From positions 1 through 64,000 of the forward strand of contig CAWCPV010000004.1 of assembly GCA_963797555.1 (NCBI GenBank): 64,000 bases of DNA, in the 5' to 3' direction. The stretch is from an uncultured Gammaproteobacteria bacterium (GTDB lineage: Bacteria; Pseudomonadota; Gammaproteobacteria; CAWCPV01). Made by a program: the position numbers and the translations under genes. Of this stretch, positions 1-13,745 are shown in pieces. Every line of letters begins with the position of its first letter. Position 1 is the stretch's first letter. The notes beneath the pieces were generated by a model. That model did no database searches and had not been told where the DNA came from. It saw nothing but the letters and a program-made list of their open reading frames with translations.

Positions 1-1376
1 AATGAAGCCATGCTCACCGGGGAAGCAACCCCGGTCACCAAAAAGACCGGCGGCAAGGTTATTGGCGGCTCGATCAACGGCGAAGGCTCGCTGACAATCG
101 AGGTCAAAGGCACCGGCAAGGATTCGTTTCTGTCTCAGGTAATCGACCTGGTCAAGCAGGCGCAGGAAAGAAATCAAGGACTCAGGATCTTGCGAACACT
201 GCCGCGATGTGGCTCACGATCATTGCTCTGAGTTGCGGCGCCATCACCTTCCTCATCTGGCTGCTTCTCATGAGCAAGGAATTTGCCTTTGCCATGGAGC
301 GTAGCGTCACCGTCATGGTCATTACCTGTCCGCACGCCCTCGGTCTGGCCGTGCCGCTGGTGGTGGCCGTGTCTACGGCACTGGCCGCGAAAAATGGATT
401 GCTCATTCGTAATCGCGTCGCTTTCGAAGGCGCCCGAAAACTGCAGGCCATCATTTTTGATAAGACCGGCACTCTTACCGAGGGCCGCTTTGGTGTGACC
501 GACACACTGGTGCTCTCGCAGGACATCGACGAAGAAACGCTGCGCAAGTACGCGGCATCCGTGGACGCGAATTCCGAACATCCCATCGCCAAGGCCATCG
601 CCGCTGCTGCGGAAAAGAAGTTTCCCGTCGAAAACTTTAAGAGCATACCGGGCAAAGGGGCCGAAGGCCGGGTCGAGGGCAAAGACATCAAAGTGGTCAG
701 TCCGGGTTTCCTGCGCGAACAGAACATCGATCTCACCGACAAGCGCATCGAGCCACTACAAGCCCAGGGCAAGACGGTCGTGTTTGTCCTCGTTGACGGG
801 AAGTTGAAAGGCGCGATGGCGTTGGCCGACATCGTCCGACCCGAGGCGAAGCAAGCTATCGATGCCCTTAAGGCGTTGAACATCCGCTGCATGATGCTCA
901 CCGGCGATAACAAAGCTACGGCCAAATGGGTGTCGGACCAGGTCGGACTGGATGAATACTTCGCCGAAGTCCTGCCCCAGGACAAAGCCGCCAAAGTGAA
1001 AGAAGTTCAATCCCGGGGCGTGTTGGTGGCGATGACCGGCGACGGCGTGAACGATGCGCCGGCGCTGGCTCAGGCTGATTTGGGAATCGCGATTGGAGCG
1101 GGCTCGGATGTAGCGGTCGAAACCGCCGACGTGATTCTGGTGCGAAGCAATCCATTGGACGTCGTGGCCATCCTGGAGCTTTCCCGCGCCACGTATCGGA
1201 AGATGATTCAGAATCTTTTCTGGGCCACCGGCTACAACACCTTCGCCATTCCGCTGGCGGCCGGAGTTCTTTACGCCTGGGGCGTTCTGCTCAGTCCTGC
1301 GCTGGGCGCGGTGTTGATGTCAGCGAGCACCGTGATTGTGGCCATCAATGCGCGGTTGCTGAGACTGAAAAAATGA
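1..1376 (+). CDS. copB: Copper-translocating P1B-type ATPase (CopB-like); 5' end outside window, apparent frameshift near 170-207
   Basis: MLTGE motif in ORF 10..231 continues in ORF 207..1376 with [32 protein letters not shown] and MSASTV; CPH is typical of P1B-3. Confidence 0.88.
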
Positions 1377-1541
1377 TCAGGCTTTTGAGGAACGGGGACA
1401 GGAATTAGTGAGGTAAGCCGCCGGAAGCCACGCTAATGCAGGCAAGCGAAGGCGTGTTGCCATGTGCTCACGGCAAGCCCTGGCCCCGTAGTCGCCAGCA
1501 ACGGAAACATGAAATTATTCAACCCTGCAGAGAGGTTAACC

Positions 1542-1789
1542 ATGACACACATGAACGTTGGCAGGATTTTGAGCGCCGACGTATTGACAGGCGGTACGAT
1601 TGTGGCGGCAAGCGCCCTGGCGTACCATCGCAAGGTGCTGACGGCCCCGGCTCCGGGATGGGCTCCGGCATGATGGGCGGCTATGGCGCCGGCTGGATGG
1701 GTGGATACGGCGGGATAGGGGTGACTGTTTTGCTTGTCATCGTGGTTGCCGGCCTCGTGGCATGGGTCGTCACGCAAAAGAGGAAATGA
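1542..1789 (+). CDS. Small Gly/Met-rich membrane protein, apparently frameshifted
   Basis: RBS-like GAGG before ATG 1542; the other frame gives [20 protein letters not shown] followed by a C-terminal TM helix ending QKRK. Confidence 0.5.
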
Positions 1790-1911
1790 ACGGATAGTTG
1801 ACTCACTCAAGCCCAGCTGTCGTGGACGTATTGTTTGTATTCACGGCAAGCCTCGGCTACATCGGAACGCCTGCGCCAGGCCTGCGTTCGCCACCCGAAA
1901 GGAGTCGATTC

Positions 1912-2300
1912 ATGTACGGATTCAGCACACAGCTAAAGTGCCGTTCGATACGGCCGTCGCGAAAGTCACAGAGGCCCTGAAAGAGGAAGGATTCGGCGTG
2001 CTGACCGATATCGACGTCAAGGCGAAGCTGAAAGCCAAGCTCAATATCGAACGTCGGCCGTATCGTATACTCGGCGCATGCAATCCCCCGCTCGCACACC
2101 GGGCGATCGAGGCCGACCCCGATAACGGTTTGTTACTGCCGTGCAACGTAGTCGTGCGCGAAGAAGCCGATGGAACCATAACGGTTTCATTCATGGACGC
2201 CGAGGCCGTATTGCAGTTGGTCAACAAACCGGAAGTCCATGCCCTTGGAAAGGAAGTACGGGCACTTCTGCAGCGAGTCTGCGAGAACCTCACGGCGTGA
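1912..2300 (+). CDS. DUF302 family protein, 1-nt frameshift near 1935
   Basis: [17 protein letters not shown] then frame change to VPFDTAV...[10 protein letters not shown]...[12 protein letters not shown]...LLLPCNVVV. Confidence 0.82.
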
Positions 2301-2466
2301 CGCCAGGGCACGCCGGGTCCGTCCGCCGTGCACGAAATTCTGGAAAACCAACTCAGCGCCAGGCGGCGGGATGACTTCTTGAATTTCAACAACGTCAAGA
2401 ACGCGCCTGCCGCTCCCGGCATTGAGCCGTGATGGACACTGCCCACCGGCTTGCGTGACCTGAAAT

Positions 2467-3690
2467 ATGTCTGCCAAAAAGAAACAACACGGTTGGTTCA
2501 GTCCCGGTATGTTGCAGCCGCTCGATTGGTTGCTGCTGGCGGTGCCGGCGGCTTTCGCCATCCGTTATGTTCCGGCGTGGAAGAACGAAACCCTGCTTTT
2601 CATCATCACGGGCATCGCGATCATTCCGCTGGCCGGCTGGATGGGCCGGGCGACCGAGCATCTGGGCGCACGCGCCGGCCAGGCATCGGCGGGTTGCTCA
2701 ACGCCACCTTCGGCAATGCCGCCGAGTTGATCATCGCGCTGATGGCTTTGTCCAAGGGATTGATCGGCGTGGTCAAAGCCTCCATCACCGGCTCGATCAT
2801 CGGCAACATTCTCCTGGTGGTCGGCGCGTCCATGCTGGCCGGTGGGATGCGCTTCAACCGCCAGACGTTCAACAAGACGGCCGCGCGCATCGCCGCCACG
2901 TCGCTCAGCCTCGCCGCCATCGGGCTGATCATTCCGACGATTTTTCATCTGTCGGCCGATCGGCAGCCGGGCGGCTGGTCGCCGCAAGCCGAGCGCAGCC
3001 TTTCCCTCGCCATCGCCGCCGTGCTCTTTGTCACCTATATTCTCTGGCTGGTTTTTTCGTTGATCACGCACAAGGAACTTTTCGCCGGACCAGGTTCCGG
3101 CACAGGTGGGCGCGGCGGAAAAAGAGGACGCGGCCTGGTCCGTTGCGAAGGCCATCACCATTCTGGCCCTGGCAACGACGCTGGTCGCGTTCATGAGCGA
3201 GTTTCTTGTCGGCTCGGTGGAGGCGGCCCGCGAAAGCCTCGGGCTGACGGAAGTGTTCGTCGGCGTCATCATTGTGGCGATCATCGGCAACGCGGCCGAA
3301 CATTCCACGGCCGTGTTGGCCGCGCTCAAGAACAAGATGGATTTGAGCCTGGGCATTGCCATCGGTTCGAGTCTGCAAATCGCGCTGTTCGTCACGCCGG
3401 TTCTCGTCTTTGCCTCCTACCTGTTTGGCCGGCCGATGAACCTGGAGTTTTCGCTCCCGGAAATCGCCGCCGTCGCGCTGGCCGTCTGGATCGTGGCCGA
3501 GATCAGCGGCGATGGTGAATGCAACTGGCTGGAAGGCGTGCAGCTTCTTTCGGTGTATCTCATCATCGGGATTCTGTTTTTCTTTCTGCCGGAGCCATCC
3601 CACGTGCAAAACGGAAAGTCCGGCACGGCGAGCCTGGACGCGATCAGCCAAACCAACCCAGGGCCAAGTCGGCCCAAAGCCGCGCCATGA
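2467..3690 (+). CDS. chaA: Ca2+/H+ antiporter (CAX/ChaA family), two apparent frameshifts (~2680, ~3105)
   Basis: [16 protein letters not shown] and second repeat IIGNAAEH, spread over ORFs 2467..2730, 2451..3518 and 3106..3690. Confidence 0.87.
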
Positions 3691-3991
3691 CCGCTACGCC
3701 GCGAAACGCTGGAGACAGGTTCCGGGCTCAACCATGCACCTGTGTAACCGGCGATGGCGTGGAAGTTTTGAGGAACGCTGTCAGCGTCAGCGTTTTCCCT
3801 AACCTTATTAGCCAGGCGCCGTCAGGAATTGCTGTCGATCCGCGAACGGTTGGTGAAGGAAGGCCCAGGTGGCAACTGAGCGCGGAAAAATCTGACCTGC
3901 ACCGGGTTATCCACTCTGACGAGGCGCTCATGATCGTGAGGTCCGTTACCCGGCATCCTCAATTTCGACTTATTTCGGGAACACATAGACT

Positions 3992-6370
3992 ATGAAAACA
4001 AATACACTGACACCGGAACTGCTGCACAAGATGGACGCCTACTGGCGCGCCGCCAACTATCTGTCGGTCGGCCAGATCTATCTCTACGACAATCCGCTGC
4101 TGAAGCGGCCGCTGGCGCTGGCGGACGTCAAGCACATGCTGCTCGGGCACTGGGGCACGACCCCCGGGCAGAACTTCATCTACGTGCACCTGAACCGGGT
4201 CATCAAGAAATACGACCTCGACATGATCTACGTCTCCGGCCCCGGGCATGGCGGCCCGGCGGTCGTGGGCAACACCTATCTCGAGGGCACCTACAGCGAG
4301 ATCTATCCCGACATCAGCCAGGACGAAGCCGGGCTGCAGAAGCTCTTTCTCCAGTTCTCGTTTCCCGGCGGCATTCCCAGCCACGCCTCGCCGGAGTGCC
4401 CGGGCTCGATCCACGAGGGCGGCGAGCTGGGCTATTCGCTCAGCCATTCCTTCGGCGCGGTGTTCGACAATCCCGATCTGCATCGTCGCCTGCGTCGTCG
4501 GCGACGGCGAGGCGGAAACCGGACCGCTGGCCACGGCGTGGCATTCCAACAAGTTCCTCGATCCGGCCACCGACGGCGCGGTGCTGCCGATCCTGCATCT
4601 CAACGGCTACAAGATCTCCAACCCGACCGTGCTCGCGCGCATCACCCGCGAGGAGCTGGAACAGTTTCTCCGCGGCTGCGGATGGACGCCCTACTTCGTC
4701 GAGGGCCACGAGCCCGAGCTGATGCACGAGGCCATGGCCGCGACGCTGGACACGGCGGTGGAGCAGATCAAGACGATCCAGCAGGACGCCGCGCGATGTC
4801 ATCGGCGACCTCACGCGGCCGCGCTGGCCGATGATCGTCCTTAACTCACCCAAGGGCTGGACGGGGCCGAAGGTGGTCGATGGCTTGCAGGTCGAAGGCA
4901 CGTTCCGTGCGCACCAGGTGCCGCTCTCCGACCCGAGGCGCTCATCCCGAACACCTCAAGCTGTTGGAAGACTGGCTCAAGAGCTACCGGCCGGAGGAGC
5001 TCTTCGATAGCCAAGGCCGCCTGAAACCGGAACTGGCCGAACTGGCGCCCAAGGGTGAACGACGCATGGGCGCGAATCCCCACGCCAACGGCGGCATGCT
5101 GCTGCGCGATCTGCGCATGCCGGATTTCCGCGACTACGCGGAGAACGTGCCCGCGCCGGGGGCGCGCGGCATCGGCGACACGCATGTGCTCGGGCCGTTC
5201 CTGCGCGATGTGGCGAAGCTGAACAGCGAGCAGCGCAATTTCCGGGTCTTCGGTCCTGACGAGACGCTCTCCAACGGCCTGGAGGCCCTGTTTGAAGTGA
5301 CCCAACGCCAATGGGACGCCGCGACCGTGCCGAACGACGAATTTCTCGCGCCCACTGGGCGCGTGATGGAAATGCTCAGCGAGCACCAATGCGAGGGCTG
5401 GCTGGAAGGCTACCTGCTCACCGGGCGGCACGGACTCTTCAACTGCTACGAGGCGTTCATCCACATCATCGATTCGATGTTCAACCAGCACGCCAAGTGG
5501 CTGAAGGTCACCGCGCACCTGCCGTGGCGGCGCAAGATTGCCTCGCTGAATTACCTGCTGACCTCGCATGTCTGGCGCCAGGATCACAACGGCTTCACCC
5601 ACCAGGATCCCGGCTTCATCGACCACGTCGTGAACAAGAAGGCCGAGGTCGTGCGTGTTTACTTTCCGCCGGATGCCAACTGCCTGCTGTCGGTGATGGA
5701 CCACTGCCTGAAGAGCCGCCATTACGTCAACGTCGTGGTCGCGGGCAAACACCCGGCGCCGCAGTGGCTGACCATGGACGCCGCCGTCAAGCACTGCGCC
5801 GAGGGCATCGGCATCTGGCAGTGGGCCAGCAACGACCAGGCCGTTGCGCCCGACGTGGTCATGGCCTGCTGTGGCGACGTGCCCACGCTGGAGACCCTCG
5901 CCGCCGTCTCCATCCTGCGCGAGCATCTGCCCGACCTGAAAATCCGGGTGGTCAACGTCGTCGATCTCATGAAATTGCAGCCGCCCAGCGAGCACCCGCA
6001 CGGGTTGAGCGACACGGATTTCGACGAGCTGTTCACCCAGGACAAGCCGGTGATCTTCGCCTTTCATGCCTACCCCTGGTTGATCCACCGGCTGACCTAC
6101 CGCCGCACCAACCACGACAATTTCCACGTCCGCGGCTACAAGGAAGAGGGCACCATCACCACGCCCTTCGACATGACGGTGCTGAACGATCTGGACCGCT
6201 TCCACCTCGTGATGGATACCATTGACCGCCTGCCGCAGACCGGCGACCAGGGCATCTACCTGAAGCAGCAGCTCAAGGACAAGCTGATCGAGCACAAGCA
6301 GTACATCGACAAGCACGGCCAGGACATGCCGGAGATCCGCAACTGGCGATGGAAGGGATCAACCGCGTGA
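3992..6370 (+). CDS. xfp: Xylulose-5-P/fructose-6-P phosphoketolase, about three apparent frameshifts (~4480, ~4795, ~4935)
   Basis: [64 protein letters not shown] across three ORFs. Confidence 0.93.
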
Positions 6371-6469
6371 CCGCCGCACCGAAGGTCAGACTGTGTTGTT
6401 CGTCGCCGTAGACGGCCCGGCGCCGGGAAAGTTGCGCATTGCCTTTCCAATCTGGGATCAACGTCTGAA

Positions 6470-6605
6470 GCGATCCGCTTGTTGCACGCCGACGGAATCC
6501 TGATCATCATGGTCAACGGCGACGACCGCAGCACAGCAGAAGCCGGCGCGCGTAAGCTGGATCTGGACCGAGTCGATGCCGAAGTGTTGTCTGGGAAAAA
6601 GGGCA
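6470..6605 (+). pseudogene. Degenerate fragment of a heavy-metal P-type ATPase P-domain
   Basis: LHADGILIIMVNGDDRSTAEAGARKLDLDRVDAEVL resembles the MLTGD...A..VA..LG.D...AEVLP segment. Confidence 0.5.
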
Positions 6606-6765
6606 ATTGGTGGTGCCGCCCAGGCGTGGCCTGGCGGCGCCTCTTTGGGGCTGGCTCAGGTTTCACGGTGGCGCTGTTAATAGCCGGCTTGGTATTTCTG
6701 ACAACCTGTTGATTGTGCAAGTAGCCTTCGTGCGCCCTCTCAACCCCACACATGGAGGCTGACCC

Positions 6766-9207
6766 ATGAACAAGTTACTAAGTCCATTTTAAGTAAAGCC
6801 ATATGTTGGTACAATGGGGGCATGAAATGCAAGCGCGAATCGGACGGGCGCAAGCTCGATCATAGGAGCCTGCAGGTGCTGCGCCAGCAAGCCGTGAAAG
6901 CGGTGCGTCACGGACAGACGGTACAGAGCGTAGCGCAGGCCTTCGGGTTGAATATTCGCACCGTGTTTCGCTGGCTCTCGGCATTTGCCTCGGGGGGACA
7001 GAACGCGCTGTTGGCCAAGCCGATCCCGGGCCGCCCGCCGCTGCTTGGCGCCGAGGAGATGCGCTGGCTGGCGGGGGCGGTGCGCGAGCACACGCCGCAG
7101 CAGTTCCGATTCGAGTTTGCGCTGTGGACCCTGCCGCTCATCGGCAGGTTGATCGAGCGGCGGTTCAACAAGCGCCTTTCGGACTCCGCCGTCAGGCGGG
7201 TGATGCGGGTGCTGGGATTCACTGCCCAGAAGCCGCTCTACCGTGCCTGGCAGCGCGATCCGGTGCTGGTCGAGCGCTGGCAGAAAGAGCAATTTCCCGC
7301 TATCCAGGCCGAGGCCAAGCGCGTGGGGGCGACCATCTACTTTGGGGATGAGTCGGGGATGCGCTCCGACTACCACGCCGGCACCACTTGGGCGCCGATG
7401 GGCAAGACCCCGGTGGTCGCGGTGACCGGGGCGCGGTTCTCGCTCGCCATGCTCTCGGCGGTGAGCGCCCGCGGGGGCTTGCGCTTCATGGTGCACGAGG
7501 GGACGGTGACCGCCGCGGTGTTCAAGGAATTCCTCAAGCGCCTGCTGGTGGGCGCCACCCGGCCGGTCTTCCTCATCGTCGATGGCCATCCCATCCACAA
7601 GGCACGATTGATCCAGGACTTCATCGGCGAACAGAACGGGCGCCTTAAGCTGTCTTCTCCCCCCGTACTCGCCCCAACTCAATCCCGACGAACAGGTTTG
7701 GGGGCATGTGAAAGCCCGCGTCGCCAAGCGCCGGGTGGAAAGCAAAGAGGATCTCAAGAGCAAACTCCTCGGTGCTTTGCGCCGGCTCCAGAAGCTGCCA
7801 GAAATCGTCAAAGGCTTTTTCATGCATCCGCATTGCTGCTACGCTGTCTGATATGGCCTTACTTAAGAAAGGATTATAAAACAACTCTTGAGCAATCTAC
7901 GGTCGAGCTTTTGGTTTGTGCCTTCGCTGGTCGTCGTGGACAGCGTTGTTGTCGCGTTGGCATTGATCGAAACAGACTCCGCTTGGGGCGACCAGTGGCG
8001 GGTCCAGTGGCCACGCCTGTTCGGGACCGAGGCGGAAGGCGCACGCCAAATGTTGTCGACGCTTGCCGGTTCAATGATGTCCGTCATGAGCATCACGTTC
8101 TCCATGACCTTGTTGGCGCTGGCGCTGGCTTCGAGCCAATACACCTCACGCATCCTGCGGAACCTCATGCGCAGCGGCGTCACGCAGGGTACGCTCGGGA
8201 TCTTCGCCGGCATCTTCACTTATTGCCTGGTCGTGTTGCGGTCCATTCGCGGCGGCGAAGCGGAATTTGTTCCAAGCCTGGCGGTGCTTTTCGCATTGGT
8301 TCTGGCGCTCGCGGGCGTCGTCGTCCTCATCTTCTTTATTCATCACATCGCCTCGTCAATCCAGGCCTCCAACATCATCGCCTCAGCCGCTCACGATACC
8401 ATCGCGGCCATTGATCGGCTTTTTCCGGACCAACCCGTGCAGGGCCCAGAGGAAGAAGAGGAACAGCTGCTCCGGTCGCTGGAAGAGATGACCTGGCACG
8501 CAATTCCGGCACAGGCGAGCGGTTACATTGATCGCGTGGATACCGATGGGCTTCTGCGCCTGGCGCGGGACGGGGAGACCATCCTGCGAATGGAGCGCGG
8601 CATCGGCGATTTCGTTGTCCAGAATGCCACGCTGGCATCGCTCGCCATGGATGACTCTCCGGATCAAGAGACGATTGCTGCCCTGAGTGCGTCTTACAGC
8701 ATCAGCCGCCATCGCACGGTGGAACAAGACCCCGCTTTCGGTTTCAGACAGATCGTGGATATGGCGTTGAAGGCACTTTCGCCCGGCGTCAATGACACCT
8801 CGACGGCCGTGATGTGCGTTGATTACCTGTCGGCGATTCTGGCACGGCTGGCCTCCCGGCAGTTTCCTGCATCGCGCCGCTACGAGGGAGGCGAACTGCG
8901 TGTGATCGCCATAGCCCCGACGTTTGAAAGTCTGCTGGCCGAGGCGTTCGACCAGATCAGAGGTAGCGCCGAAGGCAATGTCGCCATCATGGCGCGCATG
9001 CTCGGCGCGCTTGAAACCATCGCCACGCTGACGGCCAGCCCGCACCGCCGGAGGGCGCTCAGCGAACAGATGCGGTGGATTGCTGAGCTGGCCGATCGCA
9101 CCATCGAATCCGCGCATGATCGCGCGCGGATCGAGAGGCGGCTGATGCGCGTGTGCGATGCCCTCGAATCCGAGCCTGCTTTGTACGCAGGGGAAGAGGA
9201 GGCATAG
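6766..9207 (+). pseudogene. DUF2254 family membrane protein interrupted by IS630 in codon 4 (segments 6766-6777 and 7879-9207)
   Basis: GGAGG RBS plus ATG AAC AAG TTA joins AAA CAA CTC TTG...; SFWFVPSL, LASSQYTSR, QDPAFGFRQIVDMALKALSPGVNDTSTA. Confidence 0.85.
6778..7876 (+). mobile_element. IS630-family element; transposase 6822..~7860 with frameshift ~7655
   Basis: HTH plus winged HTH, DDE motifs YFGDESG, LIVDGHPIH, (P)ELNPDEQVW; imperfect terminal IRs (ttaagtaaagccatat / atatggccttacttaa); TA duplicated at 6776-6777 and 7877-7878. Confidence 0.9.
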
Positions 9208-9211
9208 GTTT

Positions 9212-10430
<1,219 letters not shown>

Positions 10431-10444
10431 CAAAACCTTTCTGA

Positions 10445-10775
10445 TCATGCCGCTTTCTGCAGGGCCTGCAGATAATGCAACAGCTCGTGCTGGACGGCTG
10501 AATTGGCGCTCATCGACAGGGTCAATCGACCCTGTGGGCGGATCAGACGACCGGCGCGCTGGATGAGCCGGCAGCGCAGCGTATTGAGACGGGCGAAGCC
10601 CCATAATGCGGGCCGTTTCTGCGAGACACGGCGGGGTAGTGGATGCGCTATCATCTGAAGCTCCCGGCTGAGGTTGTGGGCGAGCAGTGTCGAGAGCAGA
10701 TAGATCGGGTTGCCCACCCAGGTGCGCGTGGGCACATAGTCGAGTTGGTTGTCGGACTTGAGCTCTGGGGCAGCA
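10445..10775 (-). mobile_element. Transposase C-terminal fragment, probably IS1380 family
   Basis: ELKSD..LDYVPT...LAHNLSRELQM...TLRCRLIQRAGRLIRP.GRLTL pattern. Confidence 0.65.
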
Positions 10776-10943
10776 CATGATGCAGGCACTTGGCGACGCG
10801 CTGGCTGGAGATGGCAACTTCAAACCAGACTTCGGTGAGATGGGCGCAGAAGCGTGCCAGGGTAGCGGCGCATTAAAGAGGCCCAGATCAGGCCTTCGGC
10901 GAGGTACGGGTTGGAGGTATCGAAGGCATGTAGGTTGGTGTAG

Positions 10944-12592
10944 GACTTCGCGTCTCAGCGGATGGCCGCAACCTGCTGATTTATCATTGCAGTTCAGCTA
11001 AAATCGGGCCGCACTCCAGGTCACCCGGCAGGTGAACGATGAAGCGGTTCATCTTGGAGCAGTCCGATGAGGAATTTTACACCTCCCATTCTGGTCTGGC
11101 CTTGGTCGGTCTTTGCGTCAACCGCTTTAGCGGGTTGGGCAAGGCGCTGAAGCAGGCGATCCCGCTACGCCACGGCATCTCCCATGAAGACGTAGCCAAG
11201 AGCTATCTGGGGTTGATGTGTTTGGGCAAGAGCGACTTCGAAGCGGTCTCCAACGTCCGAGAGGACGATTTCTTCCGCCAGGCGTTGGGGCTGGAGCGGG
11301 TACCCTCGCCAGAAACGCTGAGGCAGCGTCTCGACGAGCACGCAGCGGTCCTGCGGGTAAGGTCATTGACGAGGCCGATATCGAGTTCATGGTCAACGCC
11401 AAGGCACCGGTCAGTGCGCTCAAGACCGGTCATGTGCCGGTGGACATCGATGTCTTTCCCATGGACAACTCCGGGACCAAGCAAGAAGGAGTCTCGCGCA
11501 CCTACCACGGCTATGACGGTTATGCGCCGATCGCGACCTACGTGGGAACCGAAGGGTGGTGCGTCGGCTGTGAGCTGCGAGAAGGCAAGCAGCACAGTCA
11601 GAAGGAATTCGGCTAGGTCTGGGAGCGCATCCTGCCGCGGGCCAGGCGCCTGACCAAACTGCCGCTGCTGGTGCGCCAGGACAGCGCCCACGACGCCTTG
11701 GAGAACCGGCTGCGCTACCTCGAAGAGGAGGTGGACTTCATTATCCAGTGGAACCCTCGGGGCGAGGACCCTGCCCATTGGCTGGAGCGCGCCGAGCGCC
11801 AAGGGGCATGGGAGACACCCCGACCCGGCAAGCGCGTGGCGCTGTTCAGCGTCGTCGAGGAGCACCCCCATCGGGAGCACACCTACCACGTTCGCCGGGT
11901 GATGCGGGTGACCGAGCGCACCATCGACAAGAAGGGCCAGGCGCTGTTGGTACCGGAGCTGGGAGCTCGATGGCTGGTGGACCTCGCTCGCCTATCCGGA
12001 CGCGGAGATCGTCGCCCTGTACCGGGACCTCCGAGCAGTTCCACAGCGAGTTCAAGACCGACCTCGATATCGAACGGCTGCCCTCCGGGAAATTCGACAC
12101 CAATGACCTGGTGCTCGCCTTTGCCGTGTTCGCCTACAACATCCTGCGCTTCATCGGGCTCATCGGGCTGACCGGCGAGTCGGCTCCCCTGCGCCATCCG
12201 GCCAAGCGCCGGCGGATCAAGACCGTCCTCCAGGAACTGATGTACCTCGCCGCCCGGTTGGTCGCCACCGCCCGCAGACTGAAGCTGCGCTTCAGCCGGC
12301 TCTGTCCCGGCTTCCGCGCCTTCGAGCAGGTGTATTACCAACTCGCCTTCGGGTAGCTAGGACGACCTCCATAGAAACTCGACCCGGGCCTCACCAGACC
12401 CCGGTGTAAACCTACGCCCGAAATTCAGCGTCCAAGCCTCAAAGCCCCGCCGTCACTCCTGCGCCGACGAGGGTCTACGCCCGCTGTACATAGCCGGCGT
12501 CACCGGTTGGCTAAAAACTAACCAACTCAACTGAGAATAGCTCCCATTCTCTCGCGCCCCGGGCGCTCGGAGATTCAAGTCACGGATCCAGG
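10944..12592 (+). mobile_element. IS1380-family element copy 1 (frameshifts, internal TAG, left IR tip lost)
   Basis: MKRFILEQSDEEFYTSHSGL, VDIDVFPMDNS, SEQFHSEFKTD; right IR aagtcacggatccagg; near-identical to 26744-28159 and 30537-31984. Confidence 0.9.
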
Positions 12593-12909
12593 GGACTTCC
12601 ATTCCTTGAAGAGCAATTCTATCTATTTGCCAGCACAATCGATAGGCGTCGGAGTACTGATGGACGCTGAAGTGGCGACGGTCGAGGTTAGTGATGAGGA
12701 AGCGCAGGGAATCGCGTTGTTTCAAATCGGCGTGACAACGATGCGGCTATCAGGATTGAAACACACATCCAGATCGACGATGCCGTGCTGCCTGAGTTGC
12801 GCCGTGATGTCCTTGAGTCGGCGCCCGGCCAGGCCGGCAATGATGCGGCGGTGGCGATCGTAGGCGTTGACGATGACGGGATTGATGGCAGCGCTGGCGC
12901 GGATGAGAT

Positions 12910-13014
12910 AAGTGGGGTGTCCATCTGAGTGCTGTAGCTACAGGATATAGCTATGCCGACAATGGCCAGACCACAACTCGTAGCGGTCACCGCACTTGTA
13001 TGGACACCCCATTT
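12910..13014. mobile_element. 105-bp MITE-like insertion inside the IS4 transposase
   Basis: IRs aagtggggtgtccatctgagtgc / gcacttgtatggacaccccattt; AGAT repeated on both sides; removal restores AGSHYLIRAS. Confidence 0.8.
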
Positions 13015-13745
13015 AGATAATGGCTGCCGGCCTGCTGGATGGCATCGAGGTAGGGCACGGAGAAGTAGCCTTTGTCGGCAAGCAGGAGAGCGCCGCGCAT
13101 CTCCCCGGCGCTCGGCAGGAATTGCCGCTCGGCCTCACAATCGGGGGCCCGCGTGACGAAGTTGACCGTCTCACTCAAGATGTCGAGATTGACGTGCAGT
13201 TCGACAGCCGCCGGACTGACGGTGGTGAAGCGTCCCGGGAAGAGTTCTGCCAGCGAGGGTTTGACGGCAAAGGAGGTGCCATCCTGGATGCTGATGCTGC
13301 CAAAGCGTGCAAATGGGCTGCTATCGCCGAAGCCCAGCGTTTCGCAGGCCAACGCCGTCAGCAGCCGGGCGAGCAGCAAGCGGGTGAATTGCGGGAAGCC
13401 CGGCTTGGCCAGTTGATTGTGGAAGGGCTTGTACTGCCACATTGTGGTCGGTGAGCGCATTGAAGGCGCGCAACACATCGGCGATGGAGTCGATCCCCCG
13501 ACTGCCGAAGGCACCGATCAACGCGCTCGCCAAGCGTTCCGGGGCGATGACGCGCCGGCGCTTGCACAGGCGCGTCAGCCGCGTGACACTGTTTCGGCAC
13601 TGGCGAAGGCGCGCGACGGAACAATGGGGATAAGCCGTAGTCATAGAGTGCGACGAAGGACAAACGACATGACATTCGGAGCCGTTGGCTCATCAGCGTC
13701 GAACGGCATAAGGACATTATTCAAGACGGACCCCAGGAGACGAAG

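Larger units (their letters stand above)
10776..13711 (-). mobile_element. IS4-family element, degenerate, interrupted by IS1380 copy 1 and a MITE
   Basis: IQDGTSFA, LLADKGYF, Y..(R)WQI(E)LLFKEWKS continuing across IS1380 as YTNLHAFDTSN; end resembles TTATGCCG at ~13711. Confidence 0.8.

Noticed and set aside
4841-6316. Long antisense ORFs (e.g. 4841..6316, 13641..15359, 55865..57055)
   Set aside because: Shadows of well-supported genes in GC-rich DNA with no recognisable motifs
6822-8414. 530-aa IS630 transposase with a long C-terminal extension (TnpB/Fanzor-like cargo)
   Set aside because: The extension is read-through after a frameshift at ~7655 into an off-frame of the DUF2254 gene
11614-11616. 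Amber recoding at the in-frame TAG of IS1380
   Set aside because: Copy 3 has TAC and other genes here use TAG as a normal stop; a point mutation is simpler
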